The position numbers were made by a program, and so were the translations under genes. From assembly GCA_016214745.1 (NCBI GenBank), contig JACRNW010000006.1:13367-77366 (forward strand): a stretch of DNA of 64,000 bases. Direction: 5' to 3'. This document shows, one piece after another, positions 59,010 through 64,000 of the stretch (within the stretch, counting starts at the first letter, position 1; each line of letters opens with the position of its first letter). The notes under the pieces were generated by a model. That model ran no database searches, was not told the DNA's origin, and saw nothing but the letters and a program-made list of their open reading frames with translations. Origin of the DNA: Candidatus Falkowbacteria bacterium (lineage in GTDB: Bacteria > Patescibacteriota > Patescibacteriia > XYB2-FULL-38-15).

Positions 59010-59147
59010 ATGGGAAAAAGAAAATTTAGCCGCGGTGTGAAAAAATTTATTCGCGGGGAGAAAGCGCGTTTTCGCCGGGAAACCGCGGATTTGGGCGAGC
59101 AAAAAAGATTAATTGATGAACTCTACAAAAAATTTTCAAAAATATGA
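59010..59147 (+). CDS. Small basic hypothetical protein (45 aa)
   Basis: Manual translation MGKRKFSRGVKKFIRGEKARFRRETADLGEQKRLIDELYKKFSKI*; ATGA overlap with the next gene. Confidence 0.55.
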   Translation: MGKRKFSRGVKKFIRGEKARFRRETADLGEQKRLIDELYKKFSKI

Positions 59148-60277
59148 AAAAGATATTTGGTAAAATAAAAAAATTTTCTTTGGGGATTTTTAAATATCTG
59201 GGATTTATAATTAGCTATCGTTTTGGAAAATTAAAATACAACCATTTATTTCTAAATATCACCAGTCTTTGCAACTCTAACTGTGTTTTTTGCGAAGTGA
59301 AGGGTCTAAGTCACAAAGATGATTTAGAATTTGAAAGAATCAAAAAATTAATAAAAGAGGCCAAAGATTTGGGCGTAAGGGGAGTAACTTTTTCTGGCGG
59401 TGAACCATTTGTTTATTATAAAATTTGGGATTTAATAGATTATACTTTGGGTTTGGGCCTTGATTTAAATATAACTTCTAACGGTCTCTTGATTTATAAT
59501 TTTTCCGAAGAGCAGTTTAATGTTCTTAAAAAAATAAAAAATATTTTTATTTCTCTGGAATCGGCGGACGCCGAAACGCATAATCAATTGCGCGGCGGCT
59601 CTGATTTTTTTCAAAAAACAGTTTCCGGCATCAAAAAGTTAGTGGAAAAAAATATTAACGTCATCATCGCTTCGGTTATAAGCAATAAAAATTATTTAAA
59701 GATTGATGATTTGATAAAATTTACGGGTGAACTTGGGGTCCGGGAAATAGTTTTCCAGCCGCTGCACATTTGGACTAACTATGACAGCGTGGAATATTTA
59801 AAAAGCAAAGATCAGATGGTGCTGTCCCCGAAAGAGTCGGCTGATTTAAAAAAGAAAATGAAGGCGTCAATTAAATTGGCCGAAAAAATCGGAGTTAAAA
59901 ATAATTTGGCCAACATTGTCCCATGGATAGATAAATATTTTGAATTTCAAAAGCCGAATCCGGAAAAGGGGCGATGGATAAAAAATATTTTGCCCGGCTA
60001 TAAATGTTTGGAAATATTTACTAAAATTTTTGTCGGAAGCGATGGTGGACTCTTGCCTTGCGCGATGCTTTCGCCGCGCGATAACGTTAAAGACAAGAGC
60101 CTTGAACAATCGTTAAAAAGTCTTAATGAAATGAAGAGGGAAATAAGAAAAGGGCGGTTTCCCGCGGAGTGCGATAAATGTTCCTGCCAAGTCGCTTCAA
60201 ATTTTACATTCAGTCTGATTTTATCGCCGATTAAAAATTTTCGTTATCTGTTAGAATTTATTAAATATAAATTTTAA
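59144..60277 (+). CDS. Radical SAM protein with SPASM/twitch domain
   Basis: CNSNCVFC, FSGGEP, TSNG, C...DG.LLPC...CDKCSC. Confidence 0.88.
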   Translation: MKKIFGKIKKFSLGIFKYLGFIISYRFGKLKYNHLFLNITSLCNSNCVFCEVKGLSHKDDLEFERIKKLIKEAKDLGVRGVTFSGGEPFVYYKIWDLIDYTLGLGLDLNITSNGLLIYNFSEEQFNVLKKIKNIFISLESADAETHNQLRGGSDFFQKTVSGIKKLVEKNINVIIASVISNKNYLKIDDLIKFTGELGVREIVFQPLHIWTNYDSVEYLKSKDQMVLSPKESADLKKKMKASIKLAEKIGVKNNLANIVPWIDKYFEFQKPNPEKGRWIKNILPGYKCLEIFTKIFVGSDGGLLPCAMLSPRDNVKDKSLEQSLKSLNEMKREIRKGRFPAECDKCSCQVASNFTFSLILSPIKNFRYLLEFIKYKF

Positions 60278-60287
60278 AACATAAAAA

Positions 60288-60983
60288 ATGAATAATAATT
60301 CTAAAGGTGAAGTTTTGGTAATTTCTCTCGGCGGATCGGCAATCGTGCCAGATGAAGTGGACACGATTTTTTTGAAAAAATTTCGTGAATTTATTTTTAA
60401 TTTTATAAAAAACGGCGGGCGGGCGGTAATCGTGGCCGGCGGCGGCGGGACGAATAAAAAATATAATCAGGCGGCGCAAAAAGTGGCGAAAATTAAAAAT
60501 ATTGATTTAGACTGGCTGGGCATTGCCGCGACAAAGTTAAACGCGGAATTGCTCAGAGTTATTTTAGGAGAAAAGGCGTACGAAAAAGTGGTCGTAAACC
60601 CAACCGTTAAAATTAAAACCAATAAAAAAATAATTGTTGCCGCGGGTTGGCAGCCGGGATGTTCATCCGACAAAGACGCCGTTCTTTGGGCAAAAAGTTT
60701 TGGCGCGAAAAGAGTAGTTAATCTGACAAACATTGATTACGTGTACGACAAAGATCCGCACAAGTTCAGCGACGCCCGGCCGTTGAAAAATTTAAAATGG
60801 GCGGAGTACAGAAAAATGGTTGGGAATAAATGGATTCCGCGAATGCACGCGCCTTTTGATCCGATTGCTTCGCAGTTGGCGGAAAAGTGGGGGATGGAGG
60901 TTGTAATAATGAGAGGTAGCAATTTGGTTAATTTTAGGAGTTTTCTACAAGGAAAAGAGTTTAGGGGGAGTATTTTGGGTTAA
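60288..60983 (+). CDS. pyrH: UMP kinase (archaeal-type)
   Basis: ISLGGS, GGGG, DWLGIAAT, GWQPGCSSD, VYDKDP, PFDPIA. Confidence 0.9.
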   Translation: MNNNSKGEVLVISLGGSAIVPDEVDTIFLKKFREFIFNFIKNGGRAVIVAGGGGTNKKYNQAAQKVAKIKNIDLDWLGIAATKLNAELLRVILGEKAYEKVVVNPTVKIKTNKKIIVAAGWQPGCSSDKDAVLWAKSFGAKRVVNLTNIDYVYDKDPHKFSDARPLKNLKWAEYRKMVGNKWIPRMHAPFDPIASQLAEKWGMEVVIMRGSNLVNFRSFLQGKEFRGSILG

Positions 60984-61010
60984 GGAATTTGTTTTGTGGA
61001 TAAAATTAGC

Positions 61011-61039
61011 TTGACAGGTTTTTCTGGGTATTGTAGTAT
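61011..61039 (+). promoter_or_regulatory. rplJ promoter
   Basis: TTGACA-17-TAGTAT. Confidence 0.55.
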
Positions 61040-61119
61040 AAATTAATTGACAAGCGAATGAGAGAAATGAATTTATTCATTTCCGAGTGAGCGCAGTCAA
61101 TATAGGGTAAAACCCTCTA

Positions 61120-61176
61120 TTACCAAAGACAGCAGGCGTTTGCCCTAAAAGGCGACTCAATTTCCTGCCGAGGTAA
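61120..61176 (+). promoter_or_regulatory. L10 leader RNA
   Basis: TACCAAAGACAGCAGG...CCTGCCGAGGTA, the typical L10-leader core upstream of rplJ. Confidence 0.75.
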
Positions 61177-61291
61177 ACTAGTTGATCAGTTAAATAGTTA
61201 ATTGGTTAAATAGTTATTGTCTCGTGGTAATTGCCACGATTTTTTGTATCCCGATTAACTAATCAACTGATTAACCAATTAACTGACATAT

Positions 61292-61811
61292 ATGCCTAAA
61301 ACTAAAGAACAAAAGAAACAAACTCTCGCGGAACTTGAAGATAATTTCAAGAAAAGCAAAACGGCGGTTTTTGTTAATTTCCAGGGTTTGAATGTTAAAG
61401 ACACGACTGCCCTTCGTAATCTCTTGCGTAAAGAAAAAATTGAATATGAGGTGGCGAAAAAAACACTTTTGAAACTTGCCGTGGAGAAAATCGGCCAAGC
61501 TGGCGTTGATCCAAAAAGTTTTAATGGTAATATTGCCGTGGCCTTTGGCTTTGAGGATGAAGTGACGCCGGCTAAAGTGTTGAATCACGACCCACGATGC
61601 TTTAAAAATTATCGGCGGAACGCTTGAAAAGAAATTTATTGACGCCGCTAAAGTTATTGAGCTGGCGCAGATTCCTGGCAGACAGGAACTCTTGGCGAAA
61701 TTAGTTGGCAGTATCAATTCGCCGGTTTCCGGTTTTGTAAACGTCTTGGCCGGAAACTTGCGTGGTTTGGTTCAGGTGTTAAAAGCGATTTCAGAAAAAA
61801 AACCAGTTTAA
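61292..61811 (+). pseudogene. rplJ: 50S ribosomal protein L10, frameshifted near 61586-61590 (probably a sequence error)
   Basis: Frame 1 reads to EVTPAKVLN; it continues in another frame as THDALKIIGG...IPGRQELLAKLVG...KKPV* (stop 61811). Confidence 0.85.
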
Positions 61812-61844
61812 ATATAATTTAATAATTAATAATTTTAAAATTAT

Positions 61845-62252
61845 ATGGCAGACGAAAAAAAAGAAGTGCAAGTGCCGGAAAAATTTAAGGAGCTTGTCGA
61901 GCAAATTGAGAAATTATCAGTTTTGGATTTAGCCGAACTGGTAAAAGTCTTGGAAGAAAAGTTTGGTGTTTCCGCCGCTGCGCCAGTAATGGCCGTGGCC
62001 GCAGGAGCCCCAGCCGCGGGAGCAGCTCCGGCTGAAGAGCAAACCACCTTCAACGTTGAGTTGACTGACTCTGGCGCCAACAAGATCGGCGTCATTAAAG
62101 TGGTTCGCGAATTGACTCAGATTGGTTTGAAAGACGCGAAAGATTTGGTTGATGGCGCGCCGAAGATGGTAAAAGAAGGCGTTGGTAAAGCGGAAGCTGA
62201 AGAGATGAAGAAAAAATTAGAAACTGCTGGCGCCAAAGTTACCTTAAAGTAA
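61845..62252 (+). CDS. rplL: 50S ribosomal protein L7/L12
   Basis: [30 protein letters not shown]. Confidence 0.98.
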   Translation: MADEKKEVQVPEKFKELVEQIEKLSVLDLAELVKVLEEKFGVSAAAPVMAVAAGAPAAGAAPAEEQTTFNVELTDSGANKIGVIKVVRELTQIGLKDAKDLVDGAPKMVKEGVGKAEAEEMKKKLETAGAKVTLK

Positions 62253-62260
62253 CAAAAATT

Positions 62261-62292
62261 AAAAACACCCCGCAATGATGCGGGGTGTTTTT
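62261..62292. terminator. Bidirectional terminator
   Basis: AAAAACACCCCGCA-ATGA-TGCGGGGTGTTTTT. Confidence 0.8.
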
Positions 62293-62299
62293 AATACTT

Positions 62300-64000
62300 T
62301 TACTGCAGATGAGTCGCGGCAACTTCGTAAACGAAATCGCCGGAAAGCAAATAAATTTTCTTTTCTTTTTCCACCACAACGAAATCTTTCAGCTTATCAA
62401 ATTTTTCGGAAAAATATTGAGTATTGAGTTTGCCTTCTTTATCCAAAACAATCAGCCTTTTGGAAGACGGTTCAAAAACATAGATGAAAGAAGAATCGGC
62501 TGAAGTCCAAATTTTTATTTCCGACGAAAGCGCGGGATCAATTTCGGGCGTAAAATCAACCTGTCGGCCATTTGAAAATTTTAAAATTTTTCCATCCGTT
62601 TTGCCGACATAAATTGAACCGTCAATCGCGATGCTTTTAGCGTTCTGAAGATCAACATTGTCGCGGAGCCAGGCGGCGCCTCCCGCGAAGCCCGTGGCGG
62701 TTGCCAAGTGTTTAAAAATTTGATTATTTTTGGCGTCTAATACGTACAACTTTCCGTTGTAGACGGCAAAATCCGTAATGTCAGTTTCTTTTTCATTTAA
62801 GATTACCTCTAGTTCTCCCAAGACATCGGTCGTGAGATCAAGTTTAAAGAATTTTTTATCCGGCTGGTAAAGAAAGGCCGAGCTCTCGCTCTCCATAAAT
62901 ACTAATCCAAAATTAAGTCCGGAGATGCTTTGGCTCGCGGTTTCATTATTTGCTAAATTGATTTTATAAATAACCGAGGCGGCGCGGTCAAAGGCGTAAA
63001 TATTGTTGTTAGCGACAATAAATTTTAAAACTGAAGCATCGGGGCTGTAGCCGGGAAAATTAGCTACGGCAACCGGATTTTGAACATTTACGACGTGTCT
63101 TAATTTTTCGCGGATTGTCTCAATTTCCGCGGAAATATTTTGGTAAGCCTCTTTTTCTTTTTTAGTTTTTTGCGGGAATTCCGCCAAGAGCACGTCGGCT
63201 TCGGCGAGGGCCGTTTTTGCGCTCGCTTCGTCGTTATAAATCAGACTCGCTTCAATGGCGCTTTTTTTATTTTGAATAACTTCCACTTTTTGCTGCAGGG
63301 CTTTTGCCGCGAGACCATTTTGGTATCTGTAATAAAGCAAGCCAGTACTTCCCGCGAAAAGAGCGACAAAAATTACGGCGAAAATCAGGAGCGTTCTTGA
63401 AAGATTAGGCATTTTTTCCGTTTTCGGCAAGAGGCCGCTCCAGCTTTTTCCAAAATTTTCTGCGGCGCTCTTTAGAGCTCCGCTTCTTTGTCCTTTCCAG
63501 TTTGTTATCAAATAAAAAATAGTTTTTAAAAGATTAAAGAGAAACGAGAGGATGATTTTTATCAAAAAATATGGAATTCTAAGGATGGCCAAAAAGAAGA
63601 GGGAAAGAAATCTAAAGAATTTTTTTGTTCCTCTCGGCGGATGGAATTGCGAAGAGTAATACTCAAGGCGAGCATTATCTTTTATTTCATTTTTTCGAAA
63701 GAGACTTTTGAATCCGCCAAGGAAAGAAAAAATCCCTCCGCCGATATTAAGACCAAGCGACGGAGTGAGCATCTTTTCCGTGTCAGAGGCGGTTTTCAGC
63801 AATCCTTCCATGGAGTGTTGGGGTACGGAAATATGGTCGGTTTTGAGAGGCGCCGGAGCAGGGGATGAAACAGCTTTGATTACCGGAATTTCTTGACGCG
63901 ATTTTATAATCATGAAAGCGAAAGACGTTTCCGGATTAGCCACTTCGCCGAGAAGATTTTTAAGCGTTTCGGCCGCCTCTTCCGGATTTGTCGCGGAAAC
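62300..64000 (-). CDS. Membrane protein with C-terminal NHL-like beta-propeller; 5' end lies outside the window
   Basis: The frame stays open to the window edge (VSATNPEEAAETLKNLLGEV...); TM helix; LYVLD, SIAIDGSIYV, IYVFEP repeats. Confidence 0.75.
   Translation of the reverse strand, partial: VSATNPEEAAETLKNLLGEVANPETSFAFMIIKSRQEIPVIKAVSSPAPAPLKTDHISVPQHSMEGLLKTASDTEKMLTPSLGLNIGGGIFSFLGGFKSLFRKNEIKDNARLEYYSSQFHPPRGTKKFFRFLSLFFLAILRIPYFLIKIILSFLFNLLKTIFYLITNWKGQRSGALKSAAENFGKSWSGLLPKTEKMPNLSRTLLIFAVIFVALFAGSTGLLYYRYQNGLAAKALQQKVEVIQNKKSAIEASLIYNDEASAKTALAEADVLLAEFPQKTKKEKEAYQNISAEIETIREKLRHVVNVQNPVAVANFPGYSPDASVLKFIVANNNIYAFDRAASVIYKINLANNETASQSISGLNFGLVFMESESSAFLYQPDKKFFKLDLTTDVLGELEVILNEKETDITDFAVYNGKLYVLDAKNNQIFKHLATATGFAGGAAWLRDNVDLQNAKSIAIDGSIYVGKTDGKILKFSNGRQVDFTPEIDPALSSEIKIWTSADSSFIYVFEPSSKRLIVLDKEGKLNTQYFSEKFDKLKDFVVVEKEKKIYLLSGDFVYEVAATHLQ

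Overview
A 64-kb chromosomal window from an AT-rich bacterium, most likely Patescibacteria/CPR. This is an inference from the non-Shine-Dalgarno housekeeping genes, tandem gpmI, short EF-Ts, a GAGC lipobox and DUF3048/DUF5671/GxxExxY content. It carries translation and transcription genes (secE-nusG-rplK-rplA, rplY, prmC, prfA, rpmE, rpsB-tsf, rplJ-rplL), gyrB, rodA, lower glycolysis (gap, pgk, two gpmI) and a dispersed group 3b-type [NiFe]-hydrogenase. Highlights: (1) the [NiFe]-hydrogenase operon contains [FeFe]-type radical-SAM maturases, namely a HypC-HydE fusion and HydG, plus a HypA with no zinc finger; no hypB/D/E/F, hydF or hydA lies in the window, suggesting a hybrid cofactor-assembly route. 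(2) Two tandem His-His-His leader-peptide attenuators control a LOG-family gene and a PRTase gene. (3) A GxxExxY nuclease gene has two 38-bp repeat arms that recur elsewhere fused together without the gene. (4) An unassigned ~320-nt structured RNA has its own promoter and terminator. (5) There is an orphan DGR-like target gene. (6) Several families of palindromic or MITE-like repeats are present, some inserted in-frame in enzymes. All calls come from manual reading; no database searches were run.
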